A stretch of 51,227 bases of DNA, counting the filler, from Catajapyx aquilonaris (lineage: Eukaryota), in assembly GCA_000934665.2 (NCBI GenBank). It is 3 parts of 3 records of this genome, joined end to end, with 100 filler letters (N's around TTAATTAATTAA, not from the genome) between each part and the next. Parts side by side here need not be neighbours in the genome. Positions count along the whole stretch, not along the records: positions 34,220 to 51,227 come from JYFJ02007059.1; 2 more parts are not named here. One strand, given 5' to 3'. This document shows, one piece after another, positions 34,317 to 46,831 of this stretch; position 1 is the first letter of the stretch, and every line of letters begins with the position of its first letter. A program made the position numbers and the translations under genes. A model generated the notes under the pieces. The model saw only the letters and a program-made list of their open reading frames with translations, made no database searches and was not told the origin of the DNA.

Positions 34317-34695
34317 GGGCCAACGGCGGCGGCCATTTTGAAGAGAGGCCAACGAGGTGTAAATAGGGTACAGGCAGGCCAAAGGTCTGCCATCTTTGAT
34401 GGTTTTGGCGGCTGAATTTGAATCTTTTTGCCGTATGAGCTCCTTTAATGCACTTTTCTACGTATTAATTCCGTAAGTACGGCAAAAATATTCAAATTCG
34501 CCCGTGTTCTTGACGAGAAGTGCCATGGCCGCCGCCAAAACAATCAAAGATGGCGAAGCTTTGGCCTGCCTGTACCCTATTTACACCTCGTTGGCATCTC
34601 TTCAAAATGGCCGCCACCGTTGGCCCAATGTTGACCCCATGGTTGGCCCCATCAAACAGACAGGCGAATCGAATGTTTGCGCCTCTTATGTAGTA
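34317..34695. repeat. divergent pair of a dispersed AAGATGGCG-rich repeat
   Basis: 34317-34423 (minus) and 34490-34695 (plus); further copies at 18733-18771 (minus) and 19892-20097 (plus). Confidence 0.75.
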
Positions 34696-35042
34696 TTGTG
34701 CCCCCTGTCCTGGCTCTCCATTATTATAATCGCCTTCGACTGCAAAGCGTGCGAGATGACCCTTCTCCTTCGTGGCACCGGAGAGAGCTACAGACGCGGT
34801 GAAAGCCGACCGCGACCGGGCAGTCGGGACGAGCGTGACCGGGCAGCCTGGAAAGCGCCTCGCGACCGAACGCTGGTGTTGTGGCTTACGGAACATCGCC
34901 CTTAGGCTGGATTTTCACCCTGCTAACGTGGAATTTAGCAGCTGAGGTGATGTTTTCCCAACACTACAGGCCAAGCAGAATTTAATTTATAAAAATAATC
35001 AAAATCCACGAGGGTAAGAAAAGTTACTTTGCTTGTGAGATC

Positions 35043-35448
35043 GAGCCTTTCTGTACATGTGGCCTACTCTCGACCCTTCAGCTGCGGGGAAATGAGAAAA
35101 TTTTCCGTACTCGCCAACATGAACTTCGACTTTGGGAGACTGAAAATGCATTGATATCCCATCGTAAGGCCCTGCCAGCACTTCGAGTTATAGAATTTCG
35201 AGTTAGGGAAGTATATTTCCTATTATTTTACATCGTGGCCAACCAAAGCTCATAATTTTCTTCGACTTATAGAGACCTTCGAATGAGGGAAGTTCGACTA
35301 ATGGCCGGTTTCACCAAGCCCGGTTTTCATAAAAACCCCGGATCTTTCGGAAAATCCCTATTCTATTTGCAGGGATTTTCCTAAAGAACCGGTTTTTTTT
35401 AATGAAAACCGGGCTTGGTGAAACCGGCCATTATAGAAGTTTTACTAT
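35043..35448. mobile_element. pogo/Tigger-type MITE (partial) interrupted by a PIF-like MITE
   Basis: Reverse-complement match to 31762-32048. Confidence 0.8.
35302..35430. mobile_element. PIF/Harbinger-like MITE
   Basis: TGGCCGGTTTCACCAAGCCCGGTTTTCAT ... ATGAAAACCGGGCTTGGTGAAACCGGCCA flanked by TAA/TTA. Confidence 0.8.
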
Positions 35449-35459
35449 TGTTATAACTA

Positions 35460-36146
35460 CACTGTACTCCCGATTATCCATGTTGCGGATTATCCGTGCA
35501 TCGCCAAAAAATTCAGTTTAAAATTACAGTCCGAAAAAATGTGTCGAATTTTCGTCCCACTGCACTGCTAGATACTGCTAACTTAGCAGTACCAGTGCCA
35601 CACTGGTGCTGCTAAGTTAGCAGTAATAACCAGCAGTGCTGGGACGAAAATTCCACTCGCTGTCAATAAGTCTCGCCAACGAAGAAGTGTAAAAGTTTTC
35701 TAGAAGACATGTTAAAAATCTATGGTAAGCTTTATTACAGTATTTTGATTCAACCAAGGTGCATACTCTCTACAGGGAGTTTCTGAATTCAGCCGACAAA
35801 GTTGTATAGGGGTGGAGGGAACCAAAACAAACATATTTGATATAGGAACCCGTGTCCGGAAACGCCATCTAGAGGTGGTTCATAGACAAGGAACGGGTGC
35901 GCTCAGACGCGTTTCCGCGGTACGGGTTCCTGTATGAAATATGCGGTTGTCTTAGTCCCCTCTATGACCCCTACAAGTTTGTCGGCTGAATTCAGAAACA
36001 CCCTGTATATGTACAGGTGTACTCTACATTAAAATCTGGTGAATAGCTCCTTATTACGACGTCTAGGACCATTTTCCGATTATCCGTGTTGTCTGATTAT
36101 CCGGCAATATCCGTGCAGTCATTAGCCCGGATAATCGGGAGTAGTG
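35460..36146. mobile_element. Tigger-type MITE containing a nested Tc1-type MITE
   Basis: TA|CACTGTACTCCCGATTATCC ... GGATAATCGGGAGTAGTG|TA. Confidence 0.8.
35773..36005. mobile_element. Tc1-type MITE
   Basis: TA|CAGGGAGTTTCTGAATTCAGCCGACAAA ... TTTGTCGGCTGAATTCAGAAACACCCTG|TA; interior homologous to 30330-30415. Confidence 0.85.
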
Positions 36147-37117
36147 TATTATATTTTAGTGCTAATGATTTTTGTTTGTCTTATTAATGTGCATAATTAT
36201 TACATTGAACTCCATCATGCGTATTCATTTACATGAAAAACGTTTATAGCATTCGGTATTATCCGCGGATTAATTAATGCATCAACGGGAGGTAGGTTGG
36301 GTGGTGGGAACTTACGTAAACCCCGTGGAGATGGAGGGAATATAGGTCTACTGTACCGTTTCGTTTAAGTGTGATCTGACGTTACCACCCTTGTCATTAA
36401 GTCACCATAATAATGACAACAAAGGTGATGTAAGTTCAAAATTTACATAATCCTAGTGTTGCAAGCACTTACTTTCGATGCCATCATGCAAACTGATACA
36501 TTGGCAAACGTAATTATTCCAAAGCTTCCCTCCACGTGAAGCCACCTATCTAGTGGGCCATCGTCTTAAAAATGCTCACTCTCAGAGTCTCAGATCCCGA
36601 TCCAATGATACAGCTCATTACTTATTCTTCTTGTCCGGTAAATTCTCTTGCGACGGGAAAAGATGGCGTGCAAATCGGTCTTATTATGCACCACGTGACA
36701 ATCAACCGCTGTTTTGCAAGTCATTCCGCGTTTGCAAGGACAGCTATTTACAAATCGTTCCGATTATGGAGATAATTGGCCGGGAAGTTTGACAACAATG
36801 CCTCAAAATTGAAGATGATTGCATCTATTCAGGTGGTAGAAGACAGATGAAAATGGGCTGTATCGTAGCAACACGCCTTTATGTGATGGTTCTACGTTCG
36901 CGTTTTGAGGTCAACACTGGAGACAGAAAATACGTACCGGTATCCAACTTTGCTCCACTTCTACTGATTACATAACTATGCTCACATACATATGCAGTGC
37001 ACAAATTATTATGCATGAGGCTGGGATTTATTACGGCGCGTGTGTCTGGATGTCCACGTGTGCATGTTCCGGAAAATCTCCGTACATCCAGCACATAAAC
37101 CAAATCCTCAAGATATA

Positions 37118-37420
37118 CAGGGTGTCCAAAATGAACCTCCCTATAGTTTTAACTTGCTACTATAACGCAAGTTACTGGACCATGGTGTCGAAATTGTACA
37201 AATGAGAAGGGACACTCATCAAGTTTATGTAAAAAAAATCAGTAGCCTTATTCCACGTGTGCTCCTTTAGTAGCAACAGCAAACATAATAATTTTAAGCT
37301 TAAAATCTCCTTCCCCCGAGGTTCTCTCCAGCATGTCAGGGGTGATGGTGGACACGTCATTATTTGGGCTGTCCACTTTAGCTGCATAGACTCTGTCTTG
37401 GAGTTGTGGAAAGACGAAAT
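37118..37420 (-). mobile_element. Tc1/mariner-superfamily remnant (3' end)
   Basis: Minus-strand LQDRVYAAKV...TITPDMLERT...ATKGAHVE* followed by a TIR ending ...TTTTGGACACCCTG|TA. Confidence 0.75.
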
Positions 37421-37914
37421 GTCAAGCATGTCCAGCACTTCTGTGATCTACGTACTTCAGCTCGGCTAACCAGCACATAACTTGCGTTTTCCCCTCTGCA
37501 GATGCTATGTTTGCATCTTCTGACAGCATCCCCCACAGGAGCACCACAGCAACACATAGGATGTTCCAAAAATTCAGGATGAAACTTGTAGATTCTCCAG
37601 ACCTTTTAAACAACAATAACCTTAAATACCTCTGCATTTCTATTTTTTACCACTCTTTGAAACTAAGGAGGTTCATTGTGAACAACCTGTACACTTACTG
37701 ATAACTGATAAGATTATGTAGGAAGGTGAATGACGCAGTCCCTAAGGACAAATCTCCTATAAAAATTAATGTCTAAATATTCAGGTGCATATGCATTATA
37801 CCACCTAAATAGTGTGCTTATGTTACCGGCAATGAGTGAAATCCTTCCCTTGTTGTGGCCCTGCCAATCACGGTTCGCTGCCCTGCAGGATTTTTTTTAG
37901 TTCAGTGCGAGCGA

Positions 37915-38332
37915 GAGCTAGCTATGCGCTTATTGTTGGTTTGACTCCGCCAACAATGCGCTCTTAATTGAGCCCCGCAGCCCAACGAACGTTATTGTGG
38001 CTTTGACAAGCTCCAATCGCATGCAAGAGTCACCAGTCCAAACACCGCTGATAACTTGCTTGCGCGTTCGATCGATTTGTCATTCGAACGATTAGTTGAT
38101 GCACCTAAAATGCGTCTTACTTGGCAACGGGCGTCCCAAACACAAGCAAGCGTCACATATATGTAATTATGGGGGCGAATGTTCCGGGGACGAAAACTCC
38201 TGGAAGCTCGCCAAATCGTTCGAAATGACAAATCGATCGAACGCGAGAGCACAATTAATGATAAATCAGCGCCACAAGACGGACAGTCAAGTTGCGGATA
38301 CACATAATACACATAATAAGCGCACAGCTCGC
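37915..38332. repeat. copy of unclassified repeat family
   Basis: GAGCT..TGCGCTTATT / AATAAGCGCACAGCTC inverted ends; motifs shared with 18280-18495. Confidence 0.55.
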
Positions 38333-39085
38333 TTACTCTCGCAATTAACTAAAATTATTACGCAGTGCGATGTACCGTGCCTGGCAGGGCCACAAGAAGG
38401 ACAGCACTGATGTGGTCACCCCAAAGCCATACAGATTACACCAACACAACGGGCACACAACACAAAGTGACCGCATCAAACTGAGGAAGCTATCATTAGT
38501 GCTAACGGCGAGATTTTTGGTCCTTAGCAGTTTCTTGGAATGTGGATTGGGGAATATACGAGTATAATGGTAAAGCCGGAAATTGTGAATTATGCAAGTT
38601 ATGGGTAGGCTGCTTCTCAGAGGGCGGGATGGGAGAGTGGGCGGCAAAAAAATTAGTTAAAAACTGTATTTTCAAAGGGTGGTAGGGTGTGCACGGGTGT
38701 GTATATGAAGGGGTCGGTGCAATACTGCCCAAACCCACCAAATGACACAAATTGAGTTTCGCGCACTTCCATATACTACACTAAAATATCTAATAAAGTA
38801 CACTGAGATTGTCCAGTTTCTGCCATTTGTCGGTGAGAAATCAAACAATGTTTTTATTGCTGCAAGGTTATGAATGCCTTTTCTGCAGCAAAACCGCCCT
38901 AACCCTCCGTCTTCAAATATTGCAGCGCGCAGGATGCAGCTGCGAGCAGCTGTGTCTCACGAGTTGGGCTTAAATAGTGAGCTTTTGCCTGATGACACCG
39001 ATTTGGATGAGAGTACCTAAGATTTAGAGTGCTAATAATGCTGATAATGATGATGTGCATGCAAAGTAGTAGTCCATTGCAACAA

Positions 39086-39116
<31 letters not shown>

Positions 39117-39325
39117 GTTGCCTGGGTCATTCCATGTCAAGACAGACAAGTTGGTGGCTCGACCATCTCATAATTTGATATAAAAATCATTGAGGTGATG
39201 CCAAAAATAAAGTTAAGAGCCTCCCAGGTGAAAATCCCACGGAGATATGGCAACGTCTTTCAGCAACAATGGAGCCGGAAGGACCATTTATTTCAGGTGA
39301 AGTTATTGTTGTACCCTCATGTTCA

Positions 39326-40018
39326 TATATCAAATGAACTGACGTGAGATGAGGAACATTTTGATGGCAACGCGTTGGCCTAGATTGCAAAATAAAAATG
39401 CTAAAAAATTATTGTGCAAAACGGACACATTTCATATGATCCTATGTCATTGTTAAACACATGCTAAGCGCGTGGAATTAATATGCTAGGTACATTGTCA
39501 TATGATCATTACTACTGTAGTGCTGTAGGACAACATCAAGGTCAGGCAGACTTGGAGATAATAAATCCTGAAATGTCCGGAAAAAACCCTCTATATGGGC
39601 TACTTCACGTTATTTAATGTTGCGAGTGAACCATTCATGATATGTGAACAGTTCTTATACCACTATGTTATGCATGAAAAGACGCTTCTGGTAACTTAAA
39701 AATTGACCCAGCCTCACGTTGAGAAAAATGACCCCAAGGATGATCAAATTAGTGGAAAACTGACATTTCAGAAGTTTTATCTCCAAGACTGCTTGACTTG
39801 TGATGTTGTCCTTCGACAGTAGTAATGATCAGATGACAATGTACCTACCATATTAATTCCACACGCTTAGCATGTGTTTAACAATGACATTGGACCATAT
39901 GAAATGTGTCCGTTTTGCGAAACAATAATGCGAATTTTTTAGGATTTTTATTTTACAATCTAGGTTAAACCCCTTGCCACCAAAATGTTCCTCATCTCAC
40001 GACAGTTCATTTGATATA
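39326..40018. repeat. fold-back arms of a DNA element starting GGGTCATTCCATGTCAA at 39125
   Basis: Arms 39326-39560 and 39777-40018 are diverged reverse complements. Confidence 0.8.
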
Positions 40019-40330
40019 ATTTATATGAACACTAAACTAACTTATGATGCTTGTGATACGTTCTTGACCAATATTTAATTCCCATTACAAGTTGGGTGCA
40101 ATACAATTATTGCCCTAACCCTTTTTTTCACGCGTGGCCACCTTATTTTGTGCATCATCATCATCATCATAATAGCACATAAATGTCCCTTATTAGTGCC
40201 TTGTATATTGGGGGAGGTTATGAAAACTGTCCTATGGAAAAGGTGATTTATGGGTCATCTCAAACTTTCAACTTCAGTTTTCTCAAAATCAGGTTTGGGA
40301 GGGTTAGGGCAGTATTGCACCGACCCCTTA

Positions 40331-40630
40331 GAAGAAGCCGGGAATTGGTCCGAAAGGCCAGCGACGATCCGTTTTGGAGAGGTCGACCTTTGACATCGAC
40401 CATCTTCCATCCTTGCAAGTATGGATACCCCCGTACATTCCTGCATTGCTGGTTGCCGGAGCCAGGCGATTGAGCTACGGTGGGGGGTGCGAGCCCCTGG
40501 CTCCGGAAACCAGCAATGCAGGAATGTACGGGGGTATCCATACTTGCAAGGATGGAAGATGGTCGATGTCACAGGTCGACCTCTCCAAAACGGATCGTCG
40601 CTGGCCTTTCGGACCAATTCCCGGCTTCTT
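40331..40630. repeat. near-perfect palindromic insertion
   Basis: ~135-bp arms with about 2 mismatches and a ~28-nt loop. Confidence 0.9.
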
Positions 40631-41565
40631 CCATACGCACACCCTACCACTACCACCCGTTGAAAATACCGTTTTTAAATATTTTTTTGCCCCCATCCCC
40701 ATCCCGACCCCTGAGAAGTAGGCTACTGTATATCCTTAACTTCCGGCTTTACCATTATATTCATTCCAATCCCAAGAAACTGCTAAGTACCAAAATTCTC
40801 GCCGATAGCACTAATGATGGCTTCCTCAGGGCCTTTCATAAAGGGTTACATTTTTAACTTTTTGACGCCCGTATCTCAAAAACGCTTGAGACCGAGGATT
40901 TTTCCGGAAGGGTGCTTTCTTTCTATATCATGTAAGGGACCCAAAAAATATTATTTGAACATGAAGTTCGCGTAGCACTTCGCAAGGTTCCCGCTGTAGC
41001 CTATCGCATCTGGAAAAAAATATCACAAGTTGATGGAACTATAGAGTCATCGCCTCGGATATAATTTGGATGTTTTCAATGCAGCCTCATAACATGATCA
41101 TGTACTGTACGCGTACACATGGCTAAGTCCATGAACAATTACCGTAGGCTAGTTGGCGAGAATAGAACTAAAAAAGCGGTAAGGCATGACATTTAATTCC
41201 GATTATTTTCAGGCAGATTTTGATCATGCACCTAATTAGGTCAATATCTGAATATCCTTTTTCTTGTGATGATATTTCTTGGGTTAAATACTAGTGAATA
41301 CTAGTGATATCATTATTGACTATCTGGCCTCAGGGTCCGATAATAATCATCATTCATTTTATGCAGATATTTTAACAATTTAATGCAGAATGAACATGTA
41401 AATTGTTCTTATTTAACTGAAGACGAGCACATCAGTCCAGAATTGTTTCAAAATATACGTAATGAAAAACCTGACTACAATCAGAATGTACAAGGTTGAT
41501 TTATGACACACCAAAATGCGGACCTTTATTATAGACCCTATAGGTCACTAACGAGGACAATTTAA

Positions 41566-41786
41566 GACCTCAGGGGAAGAACGATCTACGTCCACTTTTT
41601 GTCAAAAATGAGTTGCATATCTCTGAAGATAGTTTCACTAGAGTAGAACTATGATGGTTTGGTCGTGGTTGTGGAGTAATGATCATAGGTCACCGTGGAA
41701 GGCCCCGAAAGTGGGATTTCGAAATTTGAAATTGCAATATCTCAGTTTCACATGAGGTGGAACTTGATTGTTCTTCCCCCGACTCT
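41566..41786. mobile_element. MITE, copy of 8267-8506
   Basis: Reverse-complement homology; GGGGAAGAAC.ATC / GAT.GTTCTTCCCC ends. Confidence 0.75.
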
Positions 41787-42693
41787 TCAATAATTGCAGA
41801 TGGCATTTAAATTTTTTAACCAAAAACTTATATCGTGAATATTAAAATTATTTTCCTACTTCGCCGAAGGGAAGGTTTGAACTTCCAAACCATGAAGCAA
41901 TATACAGTACAGTAGTAATTGTCAGTAACAGGTCCCCGGTTACAGTACAGTTTATTGATGTGAAGCATTGGAAATATCTCCCTTATTCATTTGTAATTCC
42001 GGAGTCACTTCATTTTTAACGAAATGCGGAAGAGTCTAGCCCGGTCTAGCCTGCAAAAAAAAATTGACCTGGAATGCCAGTGGGTCATCGAATATTTTAC
42101 GCTCGTAAATATTTCAATTCGGCGCCTGAATGTGATTTTGTATAAGCTAATATTTCCGAAAATAACATATACGGTACCCGTCGCGAAGTAGCTATACTTA
42201 AAACTCACTGCTAACTATACAAAAAAAAATCCGCTACTAATGTACCAAAAGGAGGTTGTATACTTGAACCTTGTGTTTTTAGATGCAGCCATTTTAAGTG
42301 TTTCAATATAACAAGCTAGATGCCAAACTGAGAGTTAAAGGCGGGTAAAATCACTTTTTCAGGTATAACAATCTGCGGCGGAGAGCGAGAAAACAGTCGT
42401 TATAGAACAATGTGTTTAATTACATTCAATAAGGCGGTAGTGTCGATATTGCGCTATATCGTGTCTAGACAGGAATCGACAAGCAAGAAAACTACGAACC
42501 TGACTGTAACAATCCGGAAAAGAAGCAATCAGGAATAACAATGCCACCTAATTACTACGATTCCAGGTACTTTTCGACTGAGCAAATTCTCTCAGACTAC
42601 CAAGAGCAAGCGAGACGATGCTTACGTAACAAGGGCACCGTCCGTCTCTATGACGAAGTTAACCAGCCATGGCCACAATGTATCACCCTATCC

Positions 42694-42904
42694 CAGGGAT
42701 CGAAATATTCAGATGCAAAGTGCAATTTGCACTCCAAAATTGTCATCTGCACTTCAAACTGAGCCTTGGAGTGCAAAAAGTTTGCACTCCAATTGGCTCT
42801 GCTTTTAAAATGGCTACACCCAGTAATTAAAAATTAAGCACTGCAGATTAAAGTCTGGAGTGCAAACTTTGCATCTGGACAAAAAATTTAAAATTCGACC
42901 CCTG
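42694..42904. mobile_element. hAT-like MITE
   Basis: CAGGGATCGAA ... TTCGACCCCTG; internal TTTGCACTCCA repeats; flanking direct repeat CTATCC. Confidence 0.7.
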
Positions 42905-44303
42905 CTATCCCGAGAAAAAATCAATTGGTCCCTTCAATAGTAACATTTGATTGCAGATTCGAGTCATCAGCCTGACAAATTCCACCATCATTTCCCATGT
43001 CAAATCACACAACCCCCTAATTCCTTACGACATTTCAATTATAAATGCTTCACTTCTCATTCAGTACAGGTACGCGTGTCCCATGCATTACGTGGGAAAA
43101 GGTCGCTCATAATCCGGAGGTGTCCATGGCTGTTTTGTCTGAGGGCAGCAGAGTGGACCCGGTGTTTATCCTACTCCTGCCATCTAGTGGCATGGAAAGA
43201 TTCCTGTGGTGACAACAACATGGGGTCACGAATCAATACCAACAAACGCATCAAATGTCGTCTCCCCAACGTTACACTCCGCATGCTGCGCCACAAATCA
43301 ATTAGGTGCCCTGATATTTGTCTGTGGGGTCTATCATCCTATAGACAAAACCTGCAACTTTCATGAAGTAATAAATCAGGAAATGTACTCTGTCCTAAAG
43401 TGAATAAAATTGCAATGTACAGCATTTTCTGTTGTTTGGGTTTATTAAAAGTAGGATTTACACTCCTGTGAGAGTCTGCAAACTGAAGAGAGCAAATTCT
43501 AAAAACATACTGTATTGGATATCAAATAATGACAGCTGGCAACTAATTCAGTGGAATTTAGTGGATGGGTGCAAAAATATCCTATTTGCACTTTGTAATA
43601 CCAAATTAATTTGATATGCCATCAGGTGTGTAACCAGTAACATGCAATCAAGAATTTATTATAAAATGTCAGTTTTTGTTGTTATGAGACAACAACAAAT
43701 GGGGTAGAACAAGGAAAGGGTAGTATGAAGTTCTGTCCCATATAGTGTCATAGAAAGCAATGAAAATCCTGATCACAGTGGTTAGTACCAGAATTTGACC
43801 TCACAAGCGCTTTAAAATAGCCTGAGGCCCAACCACTAATCTAGACCAGCTCATATTAGATGGTAGATTAGAAGTGAGTCTATGATCCCACATTGATTCA
43901 TGATTCCATTTGTGCCAGTTCAGACATTAAATGGGAGTGACAGGAAGTATTGGCTCAACCTATTAATTAATATGTTCCTCACATACCTATTGATAGTACT
44001 TCACTCTTGCCAGAGACTCCATCCTGGTTGTTGTAACCTGTAACAGGTTGAAATAATTATTACACTAAAGCAGCAGCTCCTTACCTTTTTGAGTTGAGCA
44101 CTTTTCAAGAGAGAAATTCATAATAGAGCACTATAATTGTTGCCCCAATATGCCAAAGGCACATGCGTGGTCATTTTTGGCTGTTTTTACGCAACAGTAC
44201 TTTTCAAATTGTTAGTCAATATTTTTTATCATCTAGCAAAAGCACAAATTATTTTTCTAATTCTAAGTAACTTAAATTTTGACATAAACTTAAATACTTA
44301 ATC

Positions 44304-44575
44304 ACCGAAGCAGGTTGGCATAGTGGATAAGGCGTCCGACTGCTAATCGGGAGGTCCTGGGTTCGAATCCCGGGGCCGGCAACTCTGACCGTGGTTTTCT
44401 GTGGTTTCCCACGGTCCTTCCAGGGAAATTCCGGAGTTGCTTCCGTAATTAATAGGCCACAGCCGCTTCCTTCCGTCCCTATCCTATCCCAAAGAGCGCA
44501 GTAAAATGAAAGCAAAGAGTTCCAGCCAAAACAAACTTCCCCCCTAAAGAGCCGATGGCTCATAACGGGGTAAGA

Positions 44576-44657
<82 letters not shown>
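44304..44657 (+). mobile_element. tRNA-derived SINE with (TTA)n tail
   Basis: A box TGGCATAGTGG, B box GGTTCGAATCC, core GTGGTTTTCTGTGGTTTCCC, (TTA)n tail 44577-44657, ACTTAATC repeated on both sides. Confidence 0.92.
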
Positions 44658-44658
<1 letters not shown>

Positions 44659-44869
44659 ATAAACTTAATCTTTCTCATTGAAAGTAATTAAAAATTGAAA
44701 CTGTGAATATCATTTAAACAAACCATCAATTTTGCACATACAAGTACCGTACATGCCCATGAAAATATTGTCACCCTTATGCCAAAGTTGTCTTTTCCAT
44801 AAAGCAACTACGAGCAACAACTCGTACATTTTCAAATAGAACCTACACAATGTATAGGTACTAGATAAA

Positions 44870-46351
44870 ATGACAGCAGTATTGATGATGGAAGGTATTT
44901 TTTAGTGTAAACATTTGGGCATGTAAATAGCCTACTCCAGTCGACTCTGGATATAAGATGCTTCAGAGACTGCAGAAATCAGTGCGGTATCCTACAACTG
45001 AGTAGGTTTCTTATATCAAAACATACAGGGCCTTATGTAAGTATGCTGGACCAGCCTTTCAAGTTGGCTATAACCGAGGGTTGCTTATAGCCGAGGCTCT
45101 TATATCTGGAGTCGATTGTGTTCATTTCATTTCATTTGAAACATTATTTTCTGTTATTTTTTGAGAGTACAGGTCTGATGATTGCATTTCCTCCAAATTA
45201 ATGTAGCTGTATAGTGATGTTGTAACCGAAGAGGTATAAGCACTTGCCAGTCCAAACACCAGTGGCCTGCATCTGCGCTTGTGAAGACACGGTGATCCAG
45301 ATAGCTGCGGTCAGGCAGACGAACATGGAAGGCGATAAGCATGGACAACAGTGGTCGGTGTGGAAGGATTCTTCCGATGTATCGTGACCGGCGACGAGTC
45401 ATGGCTACATTTTCATGAGCCAGAGACAAAGAAACAATCAAATAAGTGGAAGCATGTTGACAGTCCACCACCAAACTCCAAAGAAGTTCAAGCCTACGCC
45501 TTCGTGAGGAAAAGGATGGCTACAGTATTCTGGGATACTCAGGGAATCCTGGCTTGCCACCTGGTACGACAGTCAATGGACCAGGGTACGTGGAGATACT
45601 ACTGTAAGACGTCTACGACAGGCCATCCAGAAGAAAGATTCGGGGTTTTTGCTACAGCAGGACAATGCCCCTCCCACACATTAGCAATTTCACAAAAGCC
45701 AGCATCTGGAACTTGGGCTTCCAGACCATCATACACCCTTCTTATTCCCCAGACCTGGGCCCCAGTGACTACCACCTATTCGGAAGAATCCCTCCACACA
45801 GACCACAGTTGTCCATGCTTATCGCCTTCCATTTTTGTATGACTGTCCGCAGCTATCTGGACCACTGTCTTCACAAGCGCACACACAGGCCGCTGGTGTT
45901 TGGACTGGGAAGTTCTTATACCGCTTTGGTCAGAACATCACCAGAACACAGCTCTAACTTACATTAATTTGGCGGAAATACGATCATCAGACCTACTCTA
46001 AAAAAATAAAGCGTAAAGAATTTCTTAACGCCCCTAATAGTTAAGTAAGTCCCTAATTTCTCTGAAATTAGTGGAGAAAATAATGTTTCAAATGAAATGA
46101 AATGAACACAATCGACTCCAGATGTAAGAGCCTCGGCTACAAGCAACCCTCGGTTATAGCCAACTTGAAAGGCTGGTCCAGCATACTTACATAAGGCCCT
46201 ATATTTTTTATATTTAAGAAACCTCAGTTGTAGGATACCGTACTGATTTCTGCAGTCTCTGAAGCATTTTATATCCAGAGTCGACTGGAGTATTTAACAT
46301 GCCCAAATGTTTACACTATAAAATACCTTCCATCATCAATACTGCTGTCAT
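44870..46351. mobile_element. composite mariner fold-back with Tigger-like MITE in both arms
   Basis: Arms 44870-45377 and 45780-46351; the loop encodes decayed mariner core IVTGDESW...MATVFWD...QDNAPPH...HPSYSPDLGPSDYHLF. Confidence 0.88.
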
Positions 46352-46831
46352 ACATACATGAAAAACAATAACAAAAAACATAACATCAGGCAAAACATTT
46401 GAGAACAAATTCAAAGCAGGTATTGTAAATCCACAATATGTTACCCACATAAATATGGTACTGGTACTTCAAACCATTTTTACTGTTGCAAAACCAAACA
46501 TGTCACATAATTTGCTCATAAAAGTTCTAGCCAAATCAGAAAAGTTGTAGCCTAAACCTATATGGATCTGAAGCATAATTATGGAAATCTGAAACAAAGT
46601 AAAAAGCCATGCACAAAAATTAACTTGGGCAGATTATACCCCGAGGCACTACCGTCGTGGTAGGCTCAGAATTAGTATGGAAGTATCCATCATTGGACCC
46701 AGAGATGGGTGTGATTCATTTTGAAATGAATTGATTCCATTCAGTACCAGTGTACCACTGAGAACTTGGCAAGTAATATTTTGCTCAATGCTGTTATTTT
46801 TTTGTAGCTTATTGTTGTTATTATTACATGC

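Larger units (their letters stand above)
38481..40829. mobile_element. long inverted-repeat element (or two inverted copies) with nested insertions
   Basis: 38481-38736 is the reverse complement of 40301-40829 once the 40331-40630 palindrome is removed. Confidence 0.7.

Noticed and set aside
34069..34320. gene continuing across the second gap
   Set aside because: The linker is artificial, so the two sides need not be adjacent.
34504..34905. MAAAKTIKDG ORFs here and at 19927-20109 as a gene family
   Set aside because: Similarity reflects the shared DNA repeat; indels shift the frame between copies.
44310..44381. functional tRNA-Ser gene
   Set aside because: It continues into a SINE core and (TTA)n tail, has a second dispersed copy with a TSD, and the acceptor stem is mismatched.
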